A stretch of DNA of 64,000 nucleotides from an uncultured Bacteroidales bacterium (GTDB taxonomy: Bacteria; Bacteroidota; Bacteroidia; Bacteroidales; Paludibacteraceae): NCBI GenBank assembly GCA_934667275.1, contig CAKULK010000005.1, positions 73,167-137,166 on the forward strand, read 5' to 3'. The first letter of the stretch is position 1. Each line of letters starts with the position of its first letter. Shown here piece by piece: positions 31,756 through 40,534 of the stretch. Position numbers and translations under genes: made by a program. The notes beneath the pieces were generated by a model. That model had not been told where the DNA came from. It searched no databases and was given only the letters and a program-made list of their open reading frames with translations.

Positions 31756-33069
31756 ATGGCGAATATTTTGGCAATAGTGGGGCGTCCCAACGTGGGGAAA
31801 TCGACCCTTTTTAATCGTCTGACGAAGACTCGTCGGGCGATTGTGATGGATACTGCAGGTACTACGCGCGACCGTCAATACGGCAAATGTGAATGGTGCG
31901 GTAAAGAATTTTCAGTAATTGACACCGGTGGTTGGGTGGTCAACTCGGACGATACCTTTGAAAGCGAAATCAACCGTCAAGTGACAATGGCTATCAAAGA
32001 AGCCGATGTCGTGCTGTTGGTTGTGGATGTTAATGAGGGCGTGACACAGTTTGACATGGAAGTGGCACATTTGTTGCGCCAATCACGCAAAGATACAGTA
32101 TTGGCAGTGAACAAAGTGGACCAATTCGACCAACAATACGGGGCTCCCGAATTCTACAAACTCGGATTAGGCGAGCCTTACATTCTGTCTGCAGAAAACG
32201 GATTGGGTACCGGCGACTTACTGGACGAGATATGCAGCCGATTCAAGAATACAATGACTGAAGAATCTCTGGATGACTTGCCTCGTTTTGCCATTGTAGG
32301 ACGACCTAACGCTGGCAAGAGCAGTATCTTGAACGCTTTTATTGGAGAAGACCGCACTATAGTGACGGATATCCCGGGTACTACGCGCGACAGCATCTAT
32401 ACTCGTTACAACAAGTTTGGCAAAGACTTCTATCTTGTAGATACTGCCGGCATTCGCAAAAAAGCAAAGGTGAACGAAGACCTCGAATATTATTCGGTAG
32501 TACGTTCTATTCGCGCGATAGAGAATTCGGATGTATGCATTCTCATGATTGATGCCACCCGCGGTGTAGAATCGCAAGATTTGAACATTTACTCACTGAT
32601 TCAAAAGAATAAAAAAGGATTAGTGGTGTGTATCAACAAATGGGACCTCATAGAAAGCAAGACCAATGCGGATATTAAAGCATACGAAAAAGCCATCCGC
32701 GAACGCATTGCACCTTTCACAGATTTCCCGATTATCTTCACCTCTGCACTCACTAAACAACGCATATACAAGGTAATGGAAACGGCACTGCATGTGTATG
32801 AAAACAAACAGCGCAAAGTGCCGACAGCCCAACTGAATGACAAATTCTTACCCCTGATTGAAAACTATCCGCCACCTGCAACAAAGGGCAAGTATATTAA
32901 AATTAAATATTGTACACAACTGCCTAATACACAAGTTCCTACATTTGTATTTTTTGCCAACCTGCCACAATATGTCAAGGAATCTTATCGCCGTTTTTTG
33001 GAGAATAAATTACGCGAATGGTGGGATTTTTGTGGCACACCCGTACAGATATTTATCCGCGCAAAATAG
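31756..33069 (+). CDS. der: Ribosome-associated GTPase Der (EngA), tandem GTPase domains
   Basis: Two G-domains: '[14 protein letters not shown]'/'DTAGTTRD' and '[14 protein letters not shown]'/'DIPGTTRD', followed by a KH-like C-terminus. Confidence 0.95.
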   Translation: MANILAIVGRPNVGKSTLFNRLTKTRRAIVMDTAGTTRDRQYGKCEWCGKEFSVIDTGGWVVNSDDTFESEINRQVTMAIKEADVVLLVVDVNEGVTQFDMEVAHLLRQSRKDTVLAVNKVDQFDQQYGAPEFYKLGLGEPYILSAENGLGTGDLLDEICSRFKNTMTEESLDDLPRFAIVGRPNAGKSSILNAFIGEDRTIVTDIPGTTRDSIYTRYNKFGKDFYLVDTAGIRKKAKVNEDLEYYSVVRSIRAIENSDVCILMIDATRGVESQDLNIYSLIQKNKKGLVVCINKWDLIESKTNADIKAYEKAIRERIAPFTDFPIIFTSALTKQRIYKVMETALHVYENKQRKVPTAQLNDKFLPLIENYPPPATKGKYIKIKYCTQLPNTQVPTFVFFANLPQYVKESYRRFLENKLREWWDFCGTPVQIFIRAK

Positions 33070-33173
33070 CGAGGAAGAGGCAGTTATTGAAGACGTTCTG
33101 CAAAAAACAGGCATTTTTTAAGAAAGTATTTCCTATTCTTTTATTCGGACTTGCGCGCGTGCGGGATTTTTTG

Positions 33174-33181
33174 TAACTTTG
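33174..33181 (+). promoter_or_regulatory. -7 box TAacTTTG upstream of FAH-like/porU operon
   Basis: Only 9 nt upstream of the 'MKIIGF' start codon, which suggests a very short leader. Confidence 0.4.
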
Positions 33182-33189
33182 CGGCTAAG

Positions 33190-33690
33190 ATGAAGATTAT
33201 CGGTTTCTGCAAAATAGGTAACCAAGTACAGATGGTCTTGAAGGGCGACTCGTCATTGTTGGTGAATCGCAAGCCTTTTTTCATACCCGATTGGAGTGAA
33301 AACATTCTGATGACCCCGTGCGAAGTATTGCGCATAAGCCGATTGGGAAAAAATATAAGTCCCCGATTTGCCACTCGTTATTTTGATGCCATAGCCCCCG
33401 GGCTGAATATGCAGGCTGCAGATTACGTGAGCATGGGCAATTGGGTAAAAGGTTGGGCTTTTGATTATTCATTGGTTGTCGGCACTTTTGCAGACACAAA
33501 TCAAGATATATGGCAAAACGTTGATGCACAACCGGTTGTCAGTCATGAGGAAGCCATATATATTGCCAGCAACGTGATGACCATCCGTCAAGGCGACCTT
33601 ATCTTCATAGACCGCGATGTAACACCACGCCCGCTAAAGCGAGATGAAGTGATTACTGAGGGAGATGAATTATATTGCAAAATCAAATGA
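33190..33690 (+). CDS. Small FAH-fold-like protein (degenerate fumarylacetoacetate-hydrolase-family motifs), first gene of porU operon
   Basis: 'NRKPFFIPDWSENIL', 'DYSLVVGTFAD' and 'MTIRQGDLIF' loosely match the FAH-family blocks (pffK..., DYE.ELavvIG, mTL.PGDvI). Overlaps porU by 16 bp. Confidence 0.4.
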   Translation: MKIIGFCKIGNQVQMVLKGDSSLLVNRKPFFIPDWSENILMTPCEVLRISRLGKNISPRFATRYFDAIAPGLNMQAADYVSMGNWVKGWAFDYSLVVGTFADTNQDIWQNVDAQPVVSHEEAIYIASNVMTIRQGDLIFIDRDVTPRPLKRDEVITEGDELYCKIK

Positions 33691-36600
33691 AACGACTGAC
33701 TATCATATTGTTGGCATTATCACTTGCACTCGGTTCATGGGCAGGGATTCATTCTTATGCCGACCATTCTGCATTGCGAGAGGGACGAATAATCAAGATT
33801 CGCATTAGTGAAACGGGCATTTATTGCCTCCCCTATGACACACTCAAAGCATGGGGACTTAAGCCCGAACAAGTACGCGTACTGGGATACGGCGGAGTGA
33901 TGTTGAGCGAGAATTTCAAAGAACACCATTGGGACGACCTTCCTACCGTGAGTATTTATATGCACAAAGGGGCTGATGGTGTGTTTGGAAGTGGTGACTA
34001 CATCCTCTTTTACGCGCAAGGCGTAGTTGGTTGGAACTACGGGAATGGTCGTTGGAAGCACACCAATAATCCCTACAGCCGATATGGCTATTATTTTGTC
34101 AGCGATACCGCTGGAGAACAAAAATTAGTTTCCACTACCAACGCATTGAGTGAAGAGAATGTACAAAATGTAGAATGGTTCACCGACTATCGTGTATATG
34201 AAAAGGACAGCATCAACCTCATTGACCGCAGTGGCGTAAGCGGTGGCGGACGTGAATTCTATGACCGCCCATTACAAGGTCCTACACAGAGTTTGAACAT
34301 CTCCTTTGATACCCATAACGTCTTGACCGACAGGCCAATGTCTTGTTTGATAGACCTGGCGGCAAGTGCCACACAGGCGTCCACTTTCCGTGCCACTTTG
34401 TGCGGAACAACCAACACGGTATCGGTGAAAAACATCAGCGTCAGCGATTTCTACACCAAAGCGGAATGTGACTCTATCCTGCTAACCACAACAGCACAAT
34501 CATCTGGCAGCCAATCTGTTAACATACAGTTCAGCAACGCGGCTTCTGGAGCAGTCGGTTTCCTCAACTATATCGAACTCAACGCTCCTTGCGCCTTGAC
34601 AATGTACGGAAACACAATGGCAATCAGCAACACTGAATTCTTCGGACAATCCGTGAATACACGATTTCTGTTATCCAATGCTACAACATCTACACAAATA
34701 TGGAAAGTCACTGATGGCGTAAATATAGAGCAGATGCCCACACAGGTCGTTGATGGCAAATTGGCGTGGATTGGCAGCAACGCACGTGCTGAAAAGTATG
34801 TGGCGGTGAACGTCAACGCCTCAAATTGGAAGCAACCGCAACGTGTAGGAGTTGTTGCCAACCAAGACCTGCATGCGCTACAAAACATTGATTATGTGAT
34901 AATTTGCCCCGAAGAGTTTGTGCCTCAAGCCACGCGTTTGGCACAGAAACACGAAGAAATTGACAACCTCACATGGGCAGTAGTCACCGACCAACAGGTG
35001 TACAACGAATTCTCGTCCGGTACCCCAGATGTCACCGCCTACCGTTGGCTGATGAAGATGCTCTACGACCGCGCTAACGGCAATAAAATCCAAGAACCCA
35101 AGAGCCTGCTATTGATGGGAAAAGCCTCTTTTGACAACCGGAATTTGCTCACCACGTCAGGTACCGGTCGCCTTTTGGTGTACCAGGCACACAACTCCAC
35201 TATCGAAACCAAAGCCTATGGTTGCGATGACTATTGCGGTTTCCTCGCCGACAATGCAGGTATAGAAAGCAACGGGCGTTTCAATGATGTACGGGCACAG
35301 ATGAATATCGGAGTAGGGCGCCTGCCTGTCACCACTGCCACACAAGCCACTGAGGTGGTGGAAAAATTGTGCACCTACATGGACAATCAGGTATTGGGAA
35401 AATGGAAGACACAAATCTGCTTTCTGGCAGATGATGGCGACCATGGTTTGCATGTGCGCACAGCGGATAATGGTGCCGAGAAAATGCGTAAGAAAAACTT
35501 GGACTTTATAGTAAATAAGATATACTTGGACGCTTACACACAAGAGGTTAGCGCAGCGGGAGAAAGTTATCCGTTGGCTAAAAACCAGTTCGACAATCTC
35601 ATGAGCAACGGTGTGCTGTTCATGGACTATTCGGGACATGGTGGCTACAACAATATCACCAACGAAATGTTCATGTCTGCCAAAGACATACAACAGATGA
35701 ACAACACTAACCAAGGTTTTTGGTTCTTGGCGACCTGCAGTTTCTCGCATTTCGACAGCGGTATCACCTCCGCCGGCGAGTGGGCAGTGCTCAATCCCAA
35801 CGGTGGTGCTATTGGGGTATTGTCAGCATGTCGCACCGTATATGCTTCTCAGAATGAAGTGTTTAACCGCAATCTATGCGACACGCTCTTCGGACATAAA
35901 GACCCGTTTTCTTACAATATGACTTTGGGTGAAGCCACACGTATTGCCAAAAACACTACAGGACGTGATGAAAACAAAATGCCTTATATCTTGCTTGGAG
36001 ATCCCGCCTTGCGACTGAACTATCCCACTCAGTATCAGGTTCGTACCATTGGCCAACCGGACACGCTACATGCCTTGACGGTGCAAACCATTCGCGGTTA
36101 TATAGAGACGCCCGACCACGATACTGCCACATGGTTCAATGGCACATTAGACATCACCGTTTTCGATAAGATGCAACAAATCACCACTCGGGACAACGAT
36201 GAAACCGACGAAAACAAGAAACAGAAAATCATCTACAACGACTATCCGAACACGCTTTTCGCAGGGCAAACCAACATCATAGACGGCAAGTTTGAGTTCA
36301 CATTCATGGTTCCAAAGGATATTCGCTACAACTACGGAAACGGGCGCATTGTCTATTATGCCTACGACAACGAAGCGCGTGCAGAAGGTGTCGGACACTA
36401 TGAAGATTTCATCATTGGCGGCAGTAGTTCCATTACGATACCGGATACCATGGGTCCGGATATCCGTTTGTATCTCAACAACATAGCCTTCGCCAATGGA
36501 GGGGACACGCACGAGTTCCCGCATTTCTATGCCGACATCTACGACGACCACGGCATCAACACTGTCGGTACCGGCATCGGGCACGACCTCCTGCTCATCA

Positions 36601-37085
36601 TTGACGAAAATGCCAAGCATACCTATGTACTCAACGACTATTTCACCGCCCAAAACAATAGTTATCAGCAAGGGCGTGTCAGTTACAAGATGCCCGAAAT
36701 GGACGAGGGAACCCATAGTCTGACATTCCGTGCGTGGGATTTGCTCAACAATAGCAGCACCGCCACACTTAATTTTCATGTGGTCAAAGGCATGGATCCG
36801 CAGATTTTCCAAGTGCTCACCTACCCCAACCCTGTTTCGGCATCGGAAATCATGAACATCCGCATTGAGTATGATCGCCCCGATGAAATCATACAAACAT
36901 CTGTTTATCTGTATGATATAAGCGGTCATCTACTGTCGGTTACCGAGCAAAAAGGTGCCGATAATCTCCAATGGAATATCAGCGAATTGGGTATGCACGC
37001 AGGCGTGTATATATATCAGGTCAAAATCAAGACACAGACCTCCAACTATGTCTCCAAAGCAGGAAAAATAATCGTTTCACAATAA
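33675..37085 (+). CDS. porU: Type IX secretion system sortase PorU (C25-family cysteine peptidase, retains own CTD)
   Basis: 1136 aa with signal peptide. Gingipain-like catalytic dyad context 'YSGHGGY' (His) and 'WFLATCSFSHFDSG' (Cys). C-terminal T9SS sorting domain 'LTYPNPVSASEIMNIRIEY...GVYIYQVKIK'. Followed by porV. Confidence 0.8.
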   Translation: MQNQMKRLTIILLALSLALGSWAGIHSYADHSALREGRIIKIRISETGIYCLPYDTLKAWGLKPEQVRVLGYGGVMLSENFKEHHWDDLPTVSIYMHKGADGVFGSGDYILFYAQGVVGWNYGNGRWKHTNNPYSRYGYYFVSDTAGEQKLVSTTNALSEENVQNVEWFTDYRVYEKDSINLIDRSGVSGGGREFYDRPLQGPTQSLNISFDTHNVLTDRPMSCLIDLAASATQASTFRATLCGTTNTVSVKNISVSDFYTKAECDSILLTTTAQSSGSQSVNIQFSNAASGAVGFLNYIELNAPCALTMYGNTMAISNTEFFGQSVNTRFLLSNATTSTQIWKVTDGVNIEQMPTQVVDGKLAWIGSNARAEKYVAVNVNASNWKQPQRVGVVANQDLHALQNIDYVIICPEEFVPQATRLAQKHEEIDNLTWAVVTDQQVYNEFSSGTPDVTAYRWLMKMLYDRANGNKIQEPKSLLLMGKASFDNRNLLTTSGTGRLLVYQAHNSTIETKAYGCDDYCGFLADNAGIESNGRFNDVRAQMNIGVGRLPVTTATQATEVVEKLCTYMDNQVLGKWKTQICFLADDGDHGLHVRTADNGAEKMRKKNLDFIVNKIYLDAYTQEVSAAGESYPLAKNQFDNLMSNGVLFMDYSGHGGYNNITNEMFMSAKDIQQMNNTNQGFWFLATCSFSHFDSGITSAGEWAVLNPNGGAIGVLSACRTVYASQNEVFNRNLCDTLFGHKDPFSYNMTLGEATRIAKNTTGRDENKMPYILLGDPALRLNYPTQYQVRTIGQPDTLHALTVQTIRGYIETPDHDTATWFNGTLDITVFDKMQQITTRDNDETDENKKQKIIYNDYPNTLFAGQTNIIDGKFEFTFMVPKDIRYNYGNGRIVYYAYDNEARAEGVGHYEDFIIGGSSSITIPDTMGPDIRLYLNNIAFANGGDTHEFPHFYADIYDDHGINTVGTGIGHDLLLIIDENAKHTYVLNDYFTAQNNSYQQGRVSYKMPEMDEGTHSLTFRAWDLLNNSSTATLNFHVVKGMDPQIFQVLTYPNPVSASEIMNIRIEYDRPDEIIQTSVYLYDISGHLLSVTEQKGADNLQWNISELGMHAGVYIYQVKIKTQTSNYVSKAGKIIVSQ

Positions 37086-37172
37086 ATCAATTACTTCTAA
37101 AGAGCCTATGAAGCATCTCTAAAAGTTCAACCGACAAATCGAAAAATTAACTACATAAATATCTAAAACAAA

Positions 37173-38372
37173 ATGAAAAAAGTCTTTTTATCCATCATGG
37201 CAATAGCCGGTCTCAGCCTGCCGTTGTTGGCCACCAATCCGGTCATCACAGCCATGCCTTCTCTCAGTGTTGCCCCGGATGCTCACGCCGCAGGTTTGGG
37301 TGATGTCGGCGCAGCCACAACTCCTGATTTGAACTCCCAACACTGGAACCCCGCCAAATATGCTTTCATGGAGAGCCGAGGAGGTATCACCGCCAACTAC
37401 ACTCCTTGGTTGCGCAAGTTGGTGAGTGACATTGATTTGGCATATCTTGCAGGTTACTACAAAATCAACGATATGCAGGCTATCTCAGCCAGTTTCAGTT
37501 ATTTCTCCATGGGTGCCGTCCAATTGGTTGACTATAGCGGCACGGCTTTCCAGGAAGCGCATCCAAATGAATGGTCTCTTGATGCTGCCTACTCCATCAA
37601 ACTGCACGAGTATGTCAGTATGGCGGTAGCACTCCGTTTCCTCTATAGCGACCTCAACAATGGTACCAACGCCTCTGTCACTACGGGTTCCACGGAATTG
37701 CGCCCGGCATGGACAATGGCGGCCGACATTGCGCTCTACTACAAGCAGCCTATCGCACTCCCGATGGGCGATAGTTATTTCGGACTCGGTTTCAACCTCA
37801 GCAACCTCGGCGGCAAGATGTCCTATGACAACGGCGATACCAAGAACTTCATCCCTGCCAATATGCGCTTGGGTATCAGTTACGAGTTGCCTTTCGACAA
37901 CTATAATCGCCTTATGGCTACCGTTGAGGCTAACAAAATGCTCGTGCCTACCTACTATTCCAAATTTGCCGAAGACACCGACAACCATCGTATGACGCAA
38001 ACCGAATACTCCAACACAACCTCTCCTGATGGCTGGTGGAAGTCGTTCTGCGATGCTCCGGGCTACACCACCGATGAAGGCAAAGTTGTCAGCCCTGCAT
38101 TGGAGGAGTTGCAGGAGATTCAATGGGGCGTAGGTCTTGAATATAGTTACAATCGCCAGTTCTTCGGGCGCGTTGGCTATAGCCACGAAAACTACTACAA
38201 AGGCAACCGCCGCTATGTGACCATCGGTGCTGGTTTCAAACTCAGTATCTTCTCTTTGGATGTTGCCTACTGCATTGCCACGGCAGCCTCCAACCCGCTC
38301 GACCAGACCATGCGTTTTACGCTCGGTTTCGACCTCGCAGGTATCAAAGACCTCGTCAACAACAAGAAATAA
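37173..38372 (+). CDS. porV: Type IX secretion system outer-membrane shuttle protein PorV (LptO)
   Basis: 399-aa signal-peptide beta-barrel protein immediately downstream of porU, matching the conserved porU-porV pairing. FadL-like N-terminal 'AMPSLSVAPDAHAAGLGDVGAATTPD'. Confidence 0.8.
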   Translation: MKKVFLSIMAIAGLSLPLLATNPVITAMPSLSVAPDAHAAGLGDVGAATTPDLNSQHWNPAKYAFMESRGGITANYTPWLRKLVSDIDLAYLAGYYKINDMQAISASFSYFSMGAVQLVDYSGTAFQEAHPNEWSLDAAYSIKLHEYVSMAVALRFLYSDLNNGTNASVTTGSTELRPAWTMAADIALYYKQPIALPMGDSYFGLGFNLSNLGGKMSYDNGDTKNFIPANMRLGISYELPFDNYNRLMATVEANKMLVPTYYSKFAEDTDNHRMTQTEYSNTTSPDGWWKSFCDAPGYTTDEGKVVSPALEELQEIQWGVGLEYSYNRQFFGRVGYSHENYYKGNRRYVTIGAGFKLSIFSLDVAYCIATAASNPLDQTMRFTLGFDLAGIKDLVNNKK

Positions 38373-38391
38373 AACACCTTATTCCCGTTTC

Positions 38392-38871
38392 ATGCGAATC
38401 GGATTTGGATATGATGTGCATGCATTCTCCCCTGACCGCCCCTTGTGGTTAGGGGGGATTGCTATTCCGTCCCCTATGGGCTTACTCGGTCACTCGGACG
38501 CGGATGTGCTTATTCATGCCCTCTGCGATGCCCTACTCGGTGCTGCAGCCATGCGCGACATCGGCTACCATTTCCCCGACACTAAGGGGAACGAATTCGA
38601 AGGTATTGACTCCAAAATTCTCCTTCGGCGCGTTATGCAAATGCTTCGCGACGCAGGCTACAACCTCGTCAACTGCGATTGCACCGTGTGTGCGCAACTG
38701 CCAAAACTCAATCCTTATATCCCGACCATGCAGACTTGTCTCGCTGAGGTGATGAATGTCTCCACCGACCAAGTCAGCATCAAAGCCACCACCACCGAGC
38801 ACCTCGGCTTTGTCGGACGCGAAGAGGGGATGTCAGCGTATGCGGTAGTGCTAATCGACAAACAATCCTAA
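38392..38871 (+). CDS. ispF: 2-C-methyl-D-erythritol 2,4-cyclodiphosphate synthase
   Basis: 'MRIGFGYDVHAF...LGGIAIP...GHSDADVLIHALCDALLGA' contains the IspF metal- and CDP-binding motifs. Start at 'MRIGFG', not the upstream ORF-track start. Confidence 0.9.
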   Translation: MRIGFGYDVHAFSPDRPLWLGGIAIPSPMGLLGHSDADVLIHALCDALLGAAAMRDIGYHFPDTKGNEFEGIDSKILLRRVMQMLRDAGYNLVNCDCTVCAQLPKLNPYIPTMQTCLAEVMNVSTDQVSIKATTTEHLGFVGREEGMSAYAVVLIDKQS

Positions 38872-38882
38872 CATAAACATCT

Positions 38883-39218
38883 ATGTTTCAACCACATAGC
38901 AAACACCTATTACCTCTCGTCGCCTTTCTCCTATTCTCCATTTCTGTAAGGTGTGAGGACACTGTCCCTACCCCCTGCTCCGTCACATCCACTCGCGACA
39001 CACTCATCACGGGCGACAGCATCATCGTCATTCACACAGTCTGCGCACCCGTTTGTTCCTCGTGCGCGCGCGTATATAATAAGGAGTGGCAACTCATCAG
39101 GACACTCACCCCACCCTTCCAATCGCCTTTTCCTGAGGCATATATCGAAGACGGCAAACTCCTTTGGCGCGACAATTACCCCCAACTCTTGGACGAAGAA
39201 GAACGTAAATTATACTGA
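38883..39218 (+). CDS. Small secreted Cys-rich hypothetical protein
   Basis: 111 aa with signal peptide 'LLPLVAFLLFSISVRCED' and 8 Cys. Sits between ispF and aroK. Confidence 0.4.
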   Translation: MFQPHSKHLLPLVAFLLFSISVRCEDTVPTPCSVTSTRDTLITGDSIIVIHTVCAPVCSSCARVYNKEWQLIRTLTPPFQSPFPEAYIEDGKLLWRDNYPQLLDEEERKLY

Positions 39219-39257
39219 CGATACTTGCAATTCATCATTCATAATTCATAATTAATT

Positions 39258-39812
39258 ATGGAATTTCCCATCTATTTGGTCGGTTATATGGGCGCAGGCA
39301 AGACTACCGTCGGTCAAATCCTCGCCGATAAACTCGGGTGGCATTTCGTGGATCTTGACAACGCTTTTCGCGAGATTCACGGGCTTTCCCCAGCCGACTA
39401 CATACGCACCTACGGCATCGAAGCCTTTCGCCGCAAAGAGAAATACGTTGTCGAAGACCTCGCCGAACTGCCCTACGAGCATGTCATTTACGCCACAGGC
39501 GGCGGCTATCCTTGTTGGGAAGACAATATGGAATGTCTCCACGAATTGGGTACCAGTTTCTATATCCGTTGGAAACCCGAACATCTTGCCAAGCGGCTTA
39601 TGCTCACCGACTTGGACGACCGTCCCGTCCTCCAAGGGCGCACCGAACAGGAGCTGCTTACTTTCATTCGCCCGCAACTCGAAGCCCGCGAACCATTCTA
39701 CGCCCAAGCCGATTATGTCATTGATGTGCCCGTTGAGGACATATCCGAAGACGACGACCTCCACATAGCAGAACAATTATTTAATATAATTAAATACAAT
39801 TCCCCGTCCTGA
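39258..39812 (+). CDS. aroK: Shikimate kinase
   Basis: 'IYLVGYMGAGKTTVGQILADKLGWHFVDLD' P-loop plus the shikimate kinase LID region. 184 aa. Confidence 0.85.
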   Translation: MEFPIYLVGYMGAGKTTVGQILADKLGWHFVDLDNAFREIHGLSPADYIRTYGIEAFRRKEKYVVEDLAELPYEHVIYATGGGYPCWEDNMECLHELGTSFYIRWKPEHLAKRLMLTDLDDRPVLQGRTEQELLTFIRPQLEAREPFYAQADYVIDVPVEDISEDDDLHIAEQLFNIIKYNSPS

Positions 39813-39817
39813 CTTTA

Positions 39818-39850
39818 TCGCGGGTCTGTCGCGAGTCTGTCGCGGGTCTC
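39818..39850 (+). promoter_or_regulatory. GC-rich 11-bp tandem motif (GTCTGTCGCGR x2.5) containing an 18-mer 'ATCGCGGGTCTGTCGCG' that is shared with the GH3 operon upstream region
   Basis: Read directly. The identical 18-mer occurs at 53422-53439 on the minus strand, 33-50 nt upstream of the GH3 ATG. Here it lies 58-75 nt upstream of sufE. Confidence 0.45.
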
Positions 39851-39892
39851 CATAGAGTATCAAATAGTAGAAAACAACCAATAAACCGATAT

Positions 39893-40339
39893 ATGTTAAA
39901 AACCATCAACGAAATACAAGACGAAATCATCGACGAATTTAGTGCTTTCGATGATTGGATGGACCGCTATAGTCTCCTCATTGACTATGGCAATGGTCTC
40001 GAACCGTTCCCCGAATCCGACCGCACCGAGCAGAATCTCATCGACGGTTGCCAATCCAAAGTATGGTTCACCGCCGAATTACAGCAACCGGAAAGTACTG
40101 ATAGCGAACCGGTTATCATCTACCGTGGCGATTCCGATGCCATCCTTGTCAAAGGCATTGTGGCACTGCTTATTCGCGTCCTTAGCAATCACACGCCCCG
40201 CGAAATCATCAATGCAGACCTCTATTTCATCGATGCCATCAACCTTCGCGAGCACCTTTCGCCCACACGCAGCAACGGCCTCGCCTCCATGCTTAAGCAG
40301 ATGCGTCTCTATGCACTTGCTTTCGCAGCGCAGAAATAG
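39893..40339 (+). CDS. sufE: SufE-family sulfur-acceptor protein
   Basis: 148 aa. 'QNLIDGCQSKVWFTAE' contains the conserved SufE active-site Cys context. Confidence 0.75.
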   Translation: MLKTINEIQDEIIDEFSAFDDWMDRYSLLIDYGNGLEPFPESDRTEQNLIDGCQSKVWFTAELQQPESTDSEPVIIYRGDSDAILVKGIVALLIRVLSNHTPREIINADLYFIDAINLREHLSPTRSNGLASMLKQMRLYALAFAAQK

Positions 40340-40506
40340 GTTCCGTTGCACCCTTATCGCACTTCTCGCCGCATAGTTTGTGTTCCAACAAACTATGCGG
40401 CTGTTTTTTATAGCCTTTTTCAATCGCAAAACACCTATGCAAACGGTTTCTATACATTTATCAGTACAAAGCCATGCTATTATTTGTACAAGTTAAAGAA
40501 AAACAT

Positions 40507-40514
40507 TATCTTTG
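40507..40514 (+). promoter_or_regulatory. -7 box TAtcTTTG within 'AAACATTATCTTTGCAAT' upstream of GH13 gene
   Basis: 21 nt upstream of the ATG. The 18-mer is identical to the one in the mtaB promoter. Confidence 0.5.
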
Positions 40515-40534
40515 CAATCTAACTTATAAAAGCA

